A DNA stretch of 64,000 bases from Isurus oxyrinchus (Eukaryota): positions 4,030,001 through 4,094,000 of the forward strand of contig JANJGN010000049.1 of NCBI GenBank assembly GCA_026770705.1, written 5' to 3'. Positions 37,811 to 51,470 of this stretch are shown here, piece after piece (the stretch's first letter is position 1; every line of letters begins with the position of its first letter). The notes below the pieces were generated by a model. That model did not search any database. It saw only the letters and a list, made by a program, of their open reading frames with translations, and was not told the origin of the DNA. A program made the translations under genes and the position numbers.

Positions 37811-38569
37811 AATAATTTTCTAACTGATCATTGGGAACAGAAAAGCCAATTCATGGAAACGAAATGGACAGCCTGATATCACTTTGTAAACAATAGAAAA
37901 CAACCGAATAGTTATTAATAAATAGTTGCAGTATTAAACTATCTGCAATTAAAATGCAGGAATACTTCGAGATTTAACACATTCACTGAGGGCAGAGATG
38001 GGCAGAAGGTTATCACTGAAGTTAATGTAGGGGAATTATTCTTTCATCAGTTTTTTATTCAAAAAAGCATTATTAGAAAATCGGAGATTTAACTGAATAG
38101 GCAATTTCCCAGAGACAGAGAGACAGAGGGAGAGAGAGAGAGTTCAATAAGTTTCAGTGAGTTAGACTCTGTCTCAGGTAGAGAGATGACAGACATTAAG
38201 TAAGTGTGCTGACAAACATGCCCGTCTTAGCAAAGAAATGGTTAGTATCACATCAAATTCTAAACAAGAGCACAGAACAGAATGTACTATCAATAAATAT
38301 TTACGATATTAGGCGATAAGTAGTTTCAGGTTGAATAAGAGAAAATAAAAAAAGCTGAAACATTCTGGTGAAGATAAATCTTTTATTTTTGCGGAATGAT
38401 GCAGCATGATTTCTTTTCACAGAGACACACAAAAGGCGATATCTCATATGTAATTCTGCTGGCTGTAATGAAAATTAATATCAGGAGCTGCGCAGAACAA
38501 CAGGTAAATAGGAAACTTCTAGTTTTAGGCCAAAGTCAGAGGCCCATTTCTAACTCAACATGCAGCTTA

Positions 38570-39870
38570 TAGAGACATAGACAAGTGAAATAACAACAGA
38601 GACAGAGTCTGGTGTGGTAATTACTGAGATAGGGCCTAGTGCAATTTAAGCAAATACATTACAAGTGCAGTAACAATCGAGACAACATCTAATGTTACTT
38701 AAGCAAAGGCGTGACCGAATGCACAAATAACGGGGACGGAGACAAGTGCTATATTAACATAGACAGGGTCTACTGCTATAATAGCGGAGACGGGAATACA
38801 GGGCCTGGATCAATATCAAGTGAAATAGGGCAGTTCTTACAGGCACAGGGCCTAGAGTAATTGCTTCCTAGAGAGAGTCTAAGTCGTAATAACTGAGACT
38901 GCTGCCAGTGTAAGAGAGACAGATATGATCTCGTGGTGTAAAATCAGGGAAAGGGAGAGTGGAATAGAAGCAGAGACAGAGGGACAAAGACAAAGTCTCT
39001 GCAAAGACAGGATCCATTTTAATTGAAAAGACAGACAAGGTCGTGTGTGATACAGGCTGATAGAGAATCAAGTGTAACTTGTTCTGAAATGGTCTAGCGG
39101 AATATAAATGCAGACATGATTGAGTGTGTTATAAGCAGGGCTGCGATAAGTCGAACATAAGTGAGGCAGTGAGAGTGCAGTAATAATTGAGACAGCACCT
39201 TGTGTAATACGAACCAGCCTAGTGTAGTAATAACACAGACCGGATCCAGTATAAGAAAACTGATACACTGTCTAGTGGAGCTTCACATAATCCAGCGCTC
39301 TTTGTAATATAATCTGACGCAGTGTCTGGTGAATTAAATACCGGCAAAGGTCCGAGATTAATAAAAACAGAGACATGGACAAGTACAGCAATAAGAGAGT
39401 AATGGTATTGGACAATAACAATAGAAACAGGGAATTGTGTGATATGAATGGAGGAATGTGTTGGTGCAGCATTACCTGAGATAGGGTCCAATTTGATAGA
39501 CAGGTGGCAGGTTCTACTGGAGTAATAGCTGAGACAGAGTCTTGTTAAATGCAAATAAAAACATGTTCTAGTTTTCTATAACCAGAGACAAGCTCTAGTG
39601 CAGTGACAACTGGGGCATGACTTATTGTAACTTGAGCCGAGACCTGCTTCAGTGCAGTCATGACTGAGATAGTGCCAATTGTATTGTGGCCCTCGTCCAG
39701 TACATAAACAACTGAGACTGAGCCAGTTACAGAAAGAACTGAGAGGTGACCTTCTCTAAGATGATTAGAGACATGTCCTAGTGTAATAGAAATAGAAACG
39801 GCGTCTAATTTAATATGAACAGAGACCGTGCCAAATGCAGTAATAATTGAGACCGCGTCTGCTTCATGTG
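38570..39870 (+). repeat. Degenerate ~27-bp minisatellite (agtgcagtaataattgagacagggtc)
   Basis: Dozens of aataactgagac / agtgtaat units. Confidence 0.7.
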
Positions 39871-39993
39871 ATGTGAGCAATCACGGTTACACTGCCATCC
39901 ATTGGTCAATCTTTGCTATTACAGGTATTGCGAAAATGTCGTTTCTATTTACTATTTCTGAGATCAATGTTTAAAATCAGAAATAATGGAAAA

Positions 39994-40075
39994 CGTAGTC
40001 GGCAGGATTTGAACCTGCGCGGTGTAACCCCAATGGATTTCAAATCTATCGCCTTAACCACTCAGCCACGACTAC
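39994..40075 (-). tRNA. tRNA-Ser(TGA), several substitutions, possibly a pseudogene
   Basis: GTAGTCGTGGCTGAGTGGTTAAGGCGATAGATTTGAAATCCATTGGGG...GGTTCAAATCCTGCCGACTACG followed by TTTT. Confidence 0.8.
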
Positions 40076-41254
40076 AGACCTGGACAGTGAAATATATATA
40101 TTTCATATATGAAATCATAGAATAGTTACAGCCGAGAAAAAGCGTCTTCTTCCCACCCTGTCACTGCAACAACCCAGCCTTTTCCCCGTAACCCTGCAAT
40201 TTATACTGTCCCTCCTCGTTCTCCCTCCCAAACTGGGAATGAAAGAGAGAGAATGAAAGAGGAAGAGAAGTGACGGGTTTTGTGGATCCCAGGGAAAAGA
40301 GACTCCGGGAACAGTTCATTGTGACAATTCACACAGCAACAAGAAAGCAACATTCCCTGAGGAGGGCCAGGAGTAGGAGGGTGTTTAGTTCAAACGCAGA
40401 AGACTTGTTCAGCCAATAACAGCATCGAGTCTGTTAGACATAAACATGAAGTGAACAGGGAGGTGAAATAGTGCCACAAGCTGCGGATGTGCAACTTTCA
40501 ATTTCCAAGACCCACCATCTTCATCAATGCGGCTCCTCTGAAACTTTCAAGGTCAATGTTGATCCTTTATAAGGTGCCTTTCCCAGAACGAGACACAGTC
40601 CTCCAGGTGTGACCTAAACAGGGCTTTGTATAGCTGCAGCAAACCTTTCTCTCTTTCCTATAACAGCCTCTGTAAAGGTTGTACAGACAGGGGGATTAGA
40701 TTGTATCGATCGAATAAGAAAAATAAGGAGATGCTTCATCAGACTAAAATTCCTTTTCAAATTCCATTTGAAATTAACTTAATTTTTTTGAAAGCTGTGT
40801 AAGAATCTCCAGCCTAACTCTTCATGTCATTGGGTCTGGGAAACTTTGTTAATATTCACACACTGAGCATGGACACGGCAGCAGCTCCTGCACCTCTTTC
40901 AATATTGTTTTTCTTAACTCAGAGTTTTCGAAATGGAATTGGACAATGACTTGAAAGGGAGAAAAACGATCAGGATGATGGAGAAAGAGAAGGAAATTGA
41001 GACTAATTGGAAAGAACATTGTAAGATGCTGGTAATGATATGATGGTTTAAATGGTCTCCTCTCACACTCTGCCATTTTATGATGACATCATCAGATTAA
41101 TTTGATGACAACATTTCTAAATTTGCCACCCGAATTCCATTTCTGTAAAACAAAGACCCAAAGTGCGGCAGCAGGACCTCACAGTTTAACATAGTGCGCA
41201 GGTGCCTCTGGCTTTGTCAGGTATTGTTCTGTAGGGGAGTGGTTATCACATGTG

Positions 41255-41580
41255 CATGAAATCACCAAGCCTCCTTAGACAGAACCTTCCAAGCCCACGA
41301 CAATTACCATCTAGAAAAACAAGGACAGCAGATAGTTGGGAACACGACCATCTGGAATTTCTCCTGCAAGGGACTCACCATCTTGACTCAGAATTATGTC
41401 ACTGTTTCTTCACTGTCGCTGGGTCAAAATCCTGGAACTCCCTTCCTAACAGCACTCTGGGTGTACCTACACCACAGGGACTGCTGCGTTTCAAGAAGGC
41501 AGCTCAGCAGCACCTCTCAAGGGACAATGTGATGGGCATTAAATGCTGGCCCAGCCAGCGAAGCCCACATCTCGAGAATG
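41255..41580 (+). mobile_element. Non-LTR retrotransposon 3' end truncating a tRNA-Val copy
   Basis: Preceded by gttctgtaggggagtggttatcacatgtg (Val 5' half). Confidence 0.65.
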
Positions 41581-42085
41581 TATTACATACTGTCTGCAGA
41601 ATTAATCATAAATCTTCTTCTCATCCGTGTTACTAAGAGTTATTTCAGTTGCAAACATTCACTAAATTTGGAGTCTGAAACGGAACAACCATTGGCCAAT
41701 TTGGCGACACCGTTGTTTTCTGGGTCTTTTTCTCTCCTTAGGCCTCTGTCACTCTCGGTGTACATCTCCGTGTGTGTTCCTGTCTGTGTGTCAATGTGAT
41801 TCAGTCCCCCGAGGGGTTGAACACATATTTTCCCATCACAAACTTTTTACACATTGGTTGGGCAGCTTCACATTACAAAGTAACAGAGAAAAGTATCAAG
41901 ATGAAAGAGGAATTTGCAATGTTATTACATACCAGATCTTCACCTCTGTATTTGCTCTTGAGCTGTTGCAACTCTGATACTAGCTCTTGCTCCATTCATT
42001 CTGGTAGAGGTGATATGCAGGGTTTCTGCATTTTTTACTACACAAGGTCATCCTAGCGCTTCGCCCTAAGTTATCTATTTCACTG

Positions 42086-42157
42086 CTCCCTAACCAGGGA
42101 TCGAACCCACGCCCCGACTATGAAAGCACAGAATCGTAGCTATTGGGCCAGCAGGAA
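42086..42157 (-). pseudogene. tRNA-Glu(TTC) pseudogene
   Basis: 72-nt degenerate match to TCCCTGGTGGTCTAG...GGTTCGATTCCCGGTCAGGGAA. Confidence 0.7.
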
Positions 42158-43357
42158 AGGTGCTCACAAGCCTCACAACCTGGGTGAGCCATGCTACCTG
42201 GGCCTTTTATTTTCATTTCAAACCTCTTTCATTAGAGACACGTTTCTCCCTCAAATTGACACGTTTATATAAAACACAAACAACATCCATTGTCAGACAG
42301 TTCCGGGTTGTTATTGGGTCCTTAAGCGACAAAGAGAAAAGAATCCAACTCTCCTGTTGCTCAGCGGGTTCCAACACCAGTGATTTTTTTTAGTCTGAAT
42401 ATAAATTTCAAAAATAATTTAATAAATGACCAACCATGTACCTACAAATCTATGAAGTTATTGGTTTCAAATAGACCCGTTAATGATTCCCTCTTCCTCA
42501 GCTCCGTAGTGAGTGAGACAGGAAAAAGCAGAGAAGCAGCAATATTCCGGCCCCGCACTCTCCAATCACCCGCTGCCAGCAAACAGATACATTCACTTTG
42601 CTGAGTGTTTATTCTGTGAAATTGTGAAGAGCGAATCTAAGTCGCTTATAAGATACTGCGCTGTTAATATCCAACAACAAACAGGAACAAGGCAGCTTTC
42701 ATTTCACTTAAAAGGGCAGGTTTTGATAATGCTTCTGCATATAATCACATATTTATAAAGCGCATTTAATCTGTTGAAACGTCACAAGGCGTCCCCCGTG
42801 GTCACTATAACAAAGTGTGACACCGAGCCACATAATCGGTCAGATGACTAAAAGCTCGGTCAAAGGCGGAGGCTTTAAGAACTGTGTTACAGGAGGAAAG
42901 TATCGATTTCATGTTCCAGCTCACAGCAATGTTTCTTCTCATTGGCTAAAGAAGTCTCCTGTGTTCAACCCAAACAGACCTATTAGTCGGAGAAAGTTCT
43001 CTCTGGTGAAAATATCGGGAATGGAAAACAAAAGTCGAAAGTAGCTTCTAAATGCCAAATGTCAAACCTTTTTGGTACTTTCCCTGATGTCTCATAACTG
43101 GGGATCGGCGCTTCCATTGGACCAACAGCGAATAGGGTGGAGGGTTTGGAAATTGAAAGTTGCGCATGTGCAGCTTGTGGGACTATTTCATCTCATTGTT
43201 AATTTCATGTTCCAGCTCACAGCAACCGTCGTTATCATTGGCCGAAGAATTCGTTTGTGTTAAGCCCAAACAGGCAGTTTTGAGGTGAAAGAGATCTGAA
43301 CTGAAAAACAATAGGCAAAAGCAGAGTGGATAAGCCAAATCAACAGCCTTACTAGAT

Positions 43358-43429
43358 TATCTGGTCATCTAGTGGTTAGGATTCGGCGCTTTCACCGTCG
43401 CGGCCCGGATTCGATGCCCGGTCAGGGGA
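43358..43429 (+). pseudogene. tRNA-Glu(TTC), degenerate acceptor and T arms
   Basis: TCTAGTGGTTAGGATTCGGCGCTTTCACCGTCGCGGCCCGGATTCGATGCCCGGTCAGGGGA. Confidence 0.8.
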
Positions 43430-44413
43430 TTAAGCTTTGTTGCGTGTGGTCACTTACGATTTGCAAACAGTTCGCCTGAGAATTAACGTTTCGCCTCACA
43501 GCAAGAAATGTCACACTTCAAACAAGTCGAGAATAAACAGAAAGGAAGAAGGGCTGGTTGCAAGGCGAAATATGAGTGCGAGAAGGACGAATGTTTCTGT
43601 CTCCTATTTGCACCGGCACAAATATCACTTCTGATCAATCAGCTCCGCTTTGGAAGCAGCGAGCCGGGCCCAATGGGCTCTTTCTGTGCTGTAATTTTCT
43701 ATAATGTTATGTTTCCCAACACCGCCAACACTGCCACTTTATAACCCACTCTAGGAAAATGCGCTTTCTTACCTTTTATTCTGCTCGTCGGAAACCAAAA
43801 CACGGAACAAATTCCGCGAGTTTTCTTGTCATTTCCAGCATGAGATTTGTCACGAGACTAAATGTGAGACACATTAATGGTGCCAATCCTTCCCTGGAGC
43901 TCACCGCGTCCAAAGAGTACTGTTATCATCAGCCTGTTAGGCACCTTCCTGCAATACATCTGCTGAACAATGTTAGCTTATCACAGCTCTGCTTTCTTCA
44001 CGTTGAAATCCAGAGTAAAAATGTGAACAACCTCAAAGCTGATTAACGTAGACAAGACTGGAAGGAGAGTGTGACTGTGGATAATCGGCACTGTGCACAT
44101 TCCTGTAATCAGTATCTGGGAGAATCAGGAAGGTGGTATCTTTTCACTCTATGGTCTGCAAACCTATCGTATTGTGTCTTACATTCCTACGAACTGACTG
44201 TGTCTGCATCAAGCAGCTAGTTGACCTCGGAGCTGTGAGGGCAGAGGGAGCTGGAGGCGAGACAGGGACAGAAGCAGAAAGAAACGCGACATGAAAGTGC
44301 TTTGAATTTGATGTCTGTTGCTTGGTGCCAGTGGTAAATGTCTGCCTTGTAGGTGCCACTGAATGAAGTTGTGTTCTTTTTTGTTTTAAAGCAGCAAGAT
44401 TGTAAATGACCAC

Positions 44414-44478
44414 AGCCCCCAGCATGGGGCTCCATCACATGACCGGGAATATGTTCTATTGACTGAGGTAGCCCGGAA
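44414..44478 (-). pseudogene. tRNA-Lys remnant
   Basis: Reverse complement ccgggctacctcagtcaatagaaca...gagccccatgctggg; flank homologous to the Lys copy at 57617. Confidence 0.5.
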
Positions 44479-45792
44479 TCGGGGAAGGAAGCCTTCATAT
44501 CCCAACAGATATGGCGACAGGTGTTTTTTTTTTCCACCTGGAGCCTCAGCTTGTTCTGAATCTTAAAGTATAGAAGGGAATCGACCTACAAAAGCCCCAA
44601 GGTTGCAATGCATCCCTCTCAATCATCAATAACATTATTCCCATCTTCCGCTTCTTAGTTGCACCTCCTTCCAAAAATTTCAAACTCTCTCTTTCATCTT
44701 TCATCCTGATATTTTTCTCTAACTTTTTAACATGAAGTTGCACAACTAATTTAAATAAAGTTAGTGATGGTAAAAATGTGTTCACCCCTCGGGGAACTGA
44801 CTCACATTGACACACATAGAGGAACACGCACAAACATATGCACTGAGAGTGACAGAGGGCATGGGTTTGTCTCTAAGGGGAGGCAAATATTCAGGAAGCA
44901 TGCATGTGGCCAGGTTTTATTCCTGTTCCAAGTTTCGTGAGTCTTTTCGTGAATGAACAGGAATAGAAAACCCCCCAAGTTCTTGGATAGATTTTATTCA
45001 ATTTAAGCTATAATTAACTCTATAGACACAGTTAAAACCAGGAATAATGAGAAGCGGGGAATCCTAATGGACTTGGGCTCCATCGCCTAAACCAACCGAC
45101 CACGACAACTGGCCCTGTGCACTGGTTAATGTTGATGGTAAAAAAATCATAAATATCTACAGCAGAGGAGGATGTCATTCAGCCCATCGTGTCCATGCTG
45201 GCTGATGGCAAAAGGAATTCAACTAATTTGATAGCCCCGCATTTTCTCCACTGCAATTTAAATTTATATTGTCTCTCCTCGTTCTTCCTGTTAAAATGAA
45301 GCATGACAGGCATCTATTTTTGACAGTGAGCTGGCACATTTTGCATCATTCGTGTTTGTAGTTGCATGTTAAGTGAATGTAATATCACTCAATCACATTA
45401 CGTGTCCAATTCACCATTTCACAGGATAAACCCTCAGCAAAGTGAGAAAATCTTTCAGCTGGCAGTGGGTGATTGGAGAGTGGGGCGCCGGAATATTGCT
45501 ACATTTCTGCTTTTCCCTGTCTCACTCATTGTGAAGCCGAGAAAGAGAGAATAATTGACGGGTTTGTTTGAATCCAATAATTTCACAGGTGTCCAATGAG
45601 TTAGGTGTAATTACATAGTCGTTTATTGTTTTTTATTGTGTTTGAAATGAACATTCAAAACAAAAACATCGGTGTGGGAACACACTAGTTAAGGGTAAAG
45701 TTTGCGGGATAATTCCTTGCAGCTCAAGTAGCCAATGAGAGCCCGGATCTGTGTGACAATGAAAGCTGATAGGGAAAAAAAAGTGAAATCTT

Positions 45793-45866
45793 CGTCCCTG
45801 GGTGGTATTGAACCACCAACCTTTTGGCTACCATTGGAACGCACTAAACAATTGCGCCACGGAGAC
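45793..45866 (-). pseudogene. tRNA-Asn pseudogene
   Basis: Reverse complement GTCTCCGTGGCGCAATTGTTTAGTGCGTTCC...GGTGGTTCAATACCACCCAGGGACG. Confidence 0.75.
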
Positions 45867-47069
45867 TGAACTAAGGCTGACCTGCCAACTTTCCTAAACC
45901 AGGGTGTCAGCGTGTTTATGCTTCAGTTTGCTGCTACCGGGATGACAATTGTTCTCTTTATTTTTACTCTTCCAAAATAAAGGGAGGGACATTCACTGTG
46001 GATACATGGAAACAGTCTGACCCCACCCACTGCAGACACATCCATGTCACCGGGAACCAGCTCTCCTACAACCGGTGCTCCTTCCCTTCGAGCCTTTTGG
46101 TGTCTTGACTGTTACCAACTATTCTGATTGTCCTGAAGCCGATGTTAGGTTTGAATTTCTGATGTGCAGTAACGAGAATCATTTCAATCTCTCAGGTCAG
46201 ATAACTTCACTGATAACTTCAGAGTTAATGTTCCAGCGTCCTAAAGAAGGGAAAGGTGCCTTGACTGTCTCTGGTCAGTCGAACATTTCACCTTTCATTC
46301 TCCTCTGATTCTGGTTCCCAAAGAGTTTCTAAAGATACACAAAGCTGGAGACTGGGTTTTCTTTTTTGGTTCCTTCTCCATTTTCCCAGCTGCCAACTGA
46401 CAGTATTTTCCAAATATTGAGCAGACAACAAAGTGGCCTTGAAACCACAATCAGATCAGCCATGATCTTACTGAATAGCGAAGCAGATTCAAAGGGCTGA
46501 ATGGCCTCCTCCTGATCCTCATTCCTCTCTTTCCTGCGACACAGCCCGGATCAACTCCTGACTTTAGCAAACTGCCTTCGGAATTAATGATCAGTTAAAT
46601 GAAATTAAAAAATCAAACTATTTCTGTGTTTTTATTTCCGTTCATCTGCAAACATTCACTAAATCTGCAATCTGAAATGGAACAATAATTGGTCAAGTTG
46701 GTGACATCCTTGATTTCTGGGTGTTTGTCACTCTCGGTGTAAAGCTGTGTGTGTGTCAATGTGGTTCAGTTCCCCGAGGGGTTGAACACATTTTTCACCA
46801 TCACAAACTTTAGCCATATTAGCTGTGCAGTTTCATTCCAAAATATCAAGATGAGAGATTGAAGACGAGTTTGCAATGTTTGGAAGGAGGTGCAGCTAAG
46901 AAGTGGAAGATGTGAATGATTTTATTGATGATTGAGAGGAATGTATTGCAAACTTGGTCCTTTTGGAGGTCGATCACCTTTGAAATTCAGAACCAGCTGA
47001 TGCTTGAGGTCGAAAACAGCAGTGATCTCCATGGATGTTGGGATGTGGAATGCTTCGCTCTTCTTACAT

Positions 47070-47116
47070 GCCTGGCTAGTTCAGTCGACGGCGTCAGAGA
47101 CTCTTAATGCCAGGTC
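47070..47116 (+). pseudogene. tRNA-Lys(CTT) 5' remnant
   Basis: gcctggctagttcagtcg...gagactcttaat. Confidence 0.55.
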
Positions 47117-48732
47117 TGTTCTATTTGCGATCTGTGCTCAGCAAAATTCCCTTTTTAAACTTTGCTGCTTTCATGGGTGATCCCCAGGTTTCCATTCCTC
47201 CGGCAGTGTCACCGCTCAAACTGAGTCTTTCTCCATCCTGCTTTGTTAATATCACAGCTGCTGGTTTCTGAGTGAAAACTGCTCTCTGCATCATTGAATG
47301 TCAGAGTATTTAATTCTGAGCATTTGGTGCTTTCACCGCTGCAGCCTAGGTTTAATTCCCATACAGGGAAAACCTTTTCCTTTTCGTTGTGTGAACTATC
47401 ACAATGAACAGGAATTCCTTATTGAATGGAATCAGATCTGGCAACGTCTGTGGAGTGAGAAAGAAAGTTAATCTTCCAGCTGGATGAACCTTCATCAGAG
47501 CTGGAAACTCCAGAGAGGTAACAGGTGGAAAACAAGTCCAGAGGCGGAGAGAGGGGAGAAAGGGCAAAAGGGAAGGACTGTGATAGGTTACAAGGCATGA
47601 GAGAGAAACTGACTAAAGGGATGATGGTGCAGAACGTGGGTGGGAATGGGACAGATTTTTCTTCCTGCTGTTCAAACTGGGACAAATATCTCTGATCAAC
47701 CAATCACAACTGCTTTTTCAAAGCAGCACGCCGGGCTGAATGGCCTCTTTCTGTGCTGTACTTTTCTATAATAGTTTCATTTCCATCCTCACTGCTGCTG
47801 CCTTCACAGTCATGCCATCATCTTACAACCCTTTCCAGCAAAATACACCTTCTTCCCTTGTGTTCTGCTCCTTTAAGATCATGGAACTGAATAAATTCAG
47901 TGGGAAATTTCCTTCTCATTTGGCACGAGATTTGGAAACAGCTCTGGGAAATATTTGTGTCAGTGCAAACAATAACACCTCCCCTATCACCTCTACATTT
48001 TCCCATGCACCACCATCTCTATGGTCACTGCTTTTCAGCTTATCACAGCCCTTCTCTGATTTCTTATCTTCACCTCTGTATTTGTTCGTGACCTGTTGCA
48101 TGGGTGACATTTCCAGCTCTGATGCAAAACTCCAGCTCTCGCTCCACTGATTCAGGTGGAGCTGATATGCGTTTTCAGTTTTCAATCAGGAAGTAATGCA
48201 CATTTATTTTAATCATTTGCATGACATTTATAAGCGCCGAATCCTAACCACTAGACCCCCCAGGCTTGCAAATTCACAACCCGGCTTATCCATGCTACCT
48301 GTGCATTTTATTTTCATTTCACATGTCTTTCACCAGAGGCACTTTTCTCCCACAAAATGACACGTTTATGTAGAACACAAAAGACTTCTTCAGCCAAAGG
48401 CGACAGTGATTGCTGTTAGCTGGAGCAGCATTCATTGTCTCACAGTCCCGCGTTGTCATTGGGTCCTTAAGTGACAAAAAAGTGCAAAAATCGCCAACTG
48501 TTCTGTTACCTGGCGAGTTGCAACAGATATGTTTTTACTGAATATTCATTTTGAATATTGTCCACTCACGCGCTGCCAGTTGAAGGATATCCTCACTTTG
48601 CTGAATGTCCACTTTGTGAAAAGACAAAGAGTAAGTGCAATACAGATGTGAGATTCTGCATTCAGTTAATATTTAACAACAAGCAGGAGCAAAGCAATTT
48701 TCCCTCTCGCCTAATTGAACAAGTTTCAATAA

Positions 48733-48805
48733 TGTCGCGGCCTGGCTTTAAACCAGGGACCTGTCAAGTGTGAGACAATTGCGATAACCACTAGACTACA
48801 GAAAC
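48733..48805 (-). pseudogene. tRNA-Val(CAC) pseudogene
   Basis: Reverse complement GTTTCTGTAGTCTAGTGGTTATCGC...CTCACAC...GGTCCCTGGTTTAAAGCCAGG. Confidence 0.7.
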
Positions 48806-49463
48806 TTAATACATTAGGAGTTAAGTGCACCTAACTACAATGCAGTTCTGCAGCAGCACTTTGGGTCTTTGTTTTGAAGAAATGGAATTCGGCTGTTCTC
48901 ATCAGGAATGCTGGAGACAGACTGATCAACAATGTCATCATCAAATGGCACAGCGTGTTTGAGAGTCTCTCTGATCATCGCAGCTTCTTTTTTAAAGAGC
49001 AATCAATTAGTCTCAATATTCTTCTTTCTTTCCATAAGCCTCAATTTCTCTATTTCAAGTAATTGTCTAATTCACTTTTGAAGAAGGAGTTTCTGCAGAA
49101 TCCATGCACAGTTTCCCTGACCCAGTGACATGGAGATTTGGATTTGGGTTTCTTCCAGTCCCTCGAGGAGTTGATCCTAATCCCAGCGCTGCCGCAGTTT
49201 GTGTCACATTCCCACTTTTGGGCACTTTAGAAATTCCCTTTTGGAGAACAAGAGGGGGCTCTAGTTTAATATAGGGCGGGTTATGGTCTTTTATTTTGTT
49301 TGGAGAGGCAAAACAAATATAATTTTTTGTGGGTGTAAAGGCAGGTGAGTGGAATCGGTAGAGCTGCTGTTCCAGAGAGCCAGCACAGACACGACGGGCT
49401 GATTGACTTATTTTGCAGCCATCTCTGATTTGATAAGGACTCATTGGAGCTCGCGAGCAGCTG

Positions 49464-49544
49464 TTAGTCGAGCTGAATGTTTAAGGTGATGGATTTGAAA
49501 TCCATTGGGGTCTCCCCCTGAAGGTTTGAATCCTGCTGACCACA
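49464..49544 (+). pseudogene. tRNA-Ser(TGA) pseudogene
   Basis: ttaaggtgatggatttgaaatccattggggtctcccc...ggtttgaatcctgctgac. Confidence 0.7.
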
Positions 49545-49810
49545 GTTCACATTATTCCTCATTTTATCCCAGTGCCGCCAACCTCATCCCTGTGGCTCCT
49601 GTGAAACTGACAAGGCGACACACGTCAGAAATTCATTACTGAAAATAACTGACACACATCAAATTCTGCCGCTTTCATGTTGCATCTTTTAACTTCCTGT
49701 TCTCCCTCTCAGACATTTCCACGTCTATCAAATGTCACCCACCTGGGACTTAGCATCTACCTCAGTCTATTGAATATGGTGGACTTTCCCGTGTGGTCTT
49801 GTTACCATGT

Positions 49811-49883
49811 AGCTCCATAGCTCAGTGGTTGGAGCACTTCTCTTGCAATACAGGGGCTGTAAGTTCAACCTTTGCTAGAGCCT
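49811..49883 (+). pseudogene. tRNA-Thr-derived pseudogene
   Basis: gctccatagctcagtggttggagcact...cagggg...agttcaacc...gcct. Confidence 0.65.
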
Positions 49884-49984
49884 ATCATTAACCTTTAGCT
49901 GAGAATACGAAGTTATGCGGAAAGCTGAAAAACCACAGAACAATATATATGAAGAAAAAGAAAAGTAATGCGGTGAAGCATTTT

Positions 49985-51270
49985 GCTTTTAAGTTAAAGT
50001 ACTGTGGATGCTGGAAATCTGAAGTAAAACTTAGTATCTGGCAGCATCTATGGAGAGAGAAACAGAGTCAACGTCTCGATTCCATGTGATCTTCTTCAGA
50101 GCTAAAGAGAAGCAGAACTGTTCACTGTTTTTATACTGTTTACAAGGGGGTGGGGTGGAGCAGGTGGGGAGGTCAGGAAGAATTGACAAAGATATTATGG
50201 GCACAAGACAAAGAGAGTGTCAATGGTAGCGGTAAGGGCTAAAAATGGTGCTGATATTTGCATAAAGGTAAGAAAGCAGAATGTGTGAATAGCAGAACAA
50301 GATCAGCACCCTGTGAAAGAACAACATAGAGCAATGACAGATGGCCCTTTAGGGGCCTCTCTCCTCACCTTGCAAGGGCCCAAACACTCCTTTAAGGGGA
50401 AGCAGCTATTCATTTGCACCTCCAATTTTGTCCATTGCATTCACTGCCCCCAATGAGGTCTCCCCTACATTGGAGTGACCAAACACAGACTGAGCGACAG
50501 CTTTGTGGAACATCTTCAGTTTGTCTGCAAGCATGACCCAGACCTCCCTGTCATTTGCTATTTCAACACTCCACCCTGCTCTCATGCCCATATGTCTATT
50601 ATTGGCTTGCTGCATTGTTCCAGTGAAGCTCAACGCAAAATGGAGGAACAACACCTCATCTTCTGATTAGGCACTTTACAGCCATCCGCACTTAACATTG
50701 AGTTCAATAGCTTCAGAACACGAACTCTCTCCTCCATTTTCACCCTTTTCAAAATCTCTTGATAAAAAAGTATTTTAACATATTTTTCATTAATTTATTC
50801 ATTATTTCACCCCTTTATTATCCCCTTTTCTATCTTTTTCCCCCAATTATCTCCCCCGCCCACATCCCATCCCCAAAAGGGCCATCTGTTACTCATTCCA
50901 TGTTGTTTTTAAACAGAGCGCTGATCCTTGTTCTGCTATTCACACATCCTGCTTTCTTACCTTTATACCATTATCAGCACCTTCTTCAGCCCTTACCACT
51001 ACCATTAACATCGCCTTTGTCTTGTGTCCAGGGATCTTTGTCAGTCCCTCCTTAGCCCCCACGTATCGCTGACCTCCTATCCAGAATCACCGGCTCTACC
51101 GGTCCCGTCCCTCCCCCTCCCTGCCTCACTTAAACAGTGTAAATTCCATCACTTTCTACTTCCCTTCATCTCTGAAGAAGAGACATACGGACTCGAAACG
51201 TGAACAGTGTTTCCATCACCACCAAGTCTGCGATAAAACTCAAAACTGTTCAGTTTTTTCCAGGACTTTC
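49985..51270 (+). mobile_element. Penelope-like element: GIY-YIG endonuclease C-terminal remnant between inverted terminal-repeat copies
   Basis: YIGVTKHRLSDSFVEHL...LPVICYFN...RKMEEQHLIF*LGTLQPSALNIEF; 49985-50350 is inverted relative to 50870-51270. Confidence 0.85.
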
Positions 51271-51470
51271 TGTTTTTATAATATATAAGAAGTGACTGGA
51301 CAACAAGATGTAAGATTGAGAAAAATGTGGCAAAGACTGAAGCAACTCAGTTAGTCGCAGTAAATTTTCAAAAGCAACAAAGCAGAACACGTTTGAAAAG
51401 GTGAGAAAGATGTGCTGATGTTCAAAGAGACTCGGCTGCACTTGTGCAAAGAACGTGGAAAGTTACATCA

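Noticed and set aside
38570-39870. CRISPR-like periodic array
   Set aside because: Eukaryotic degenerate tandem repeat with no unique spacers or cas genes
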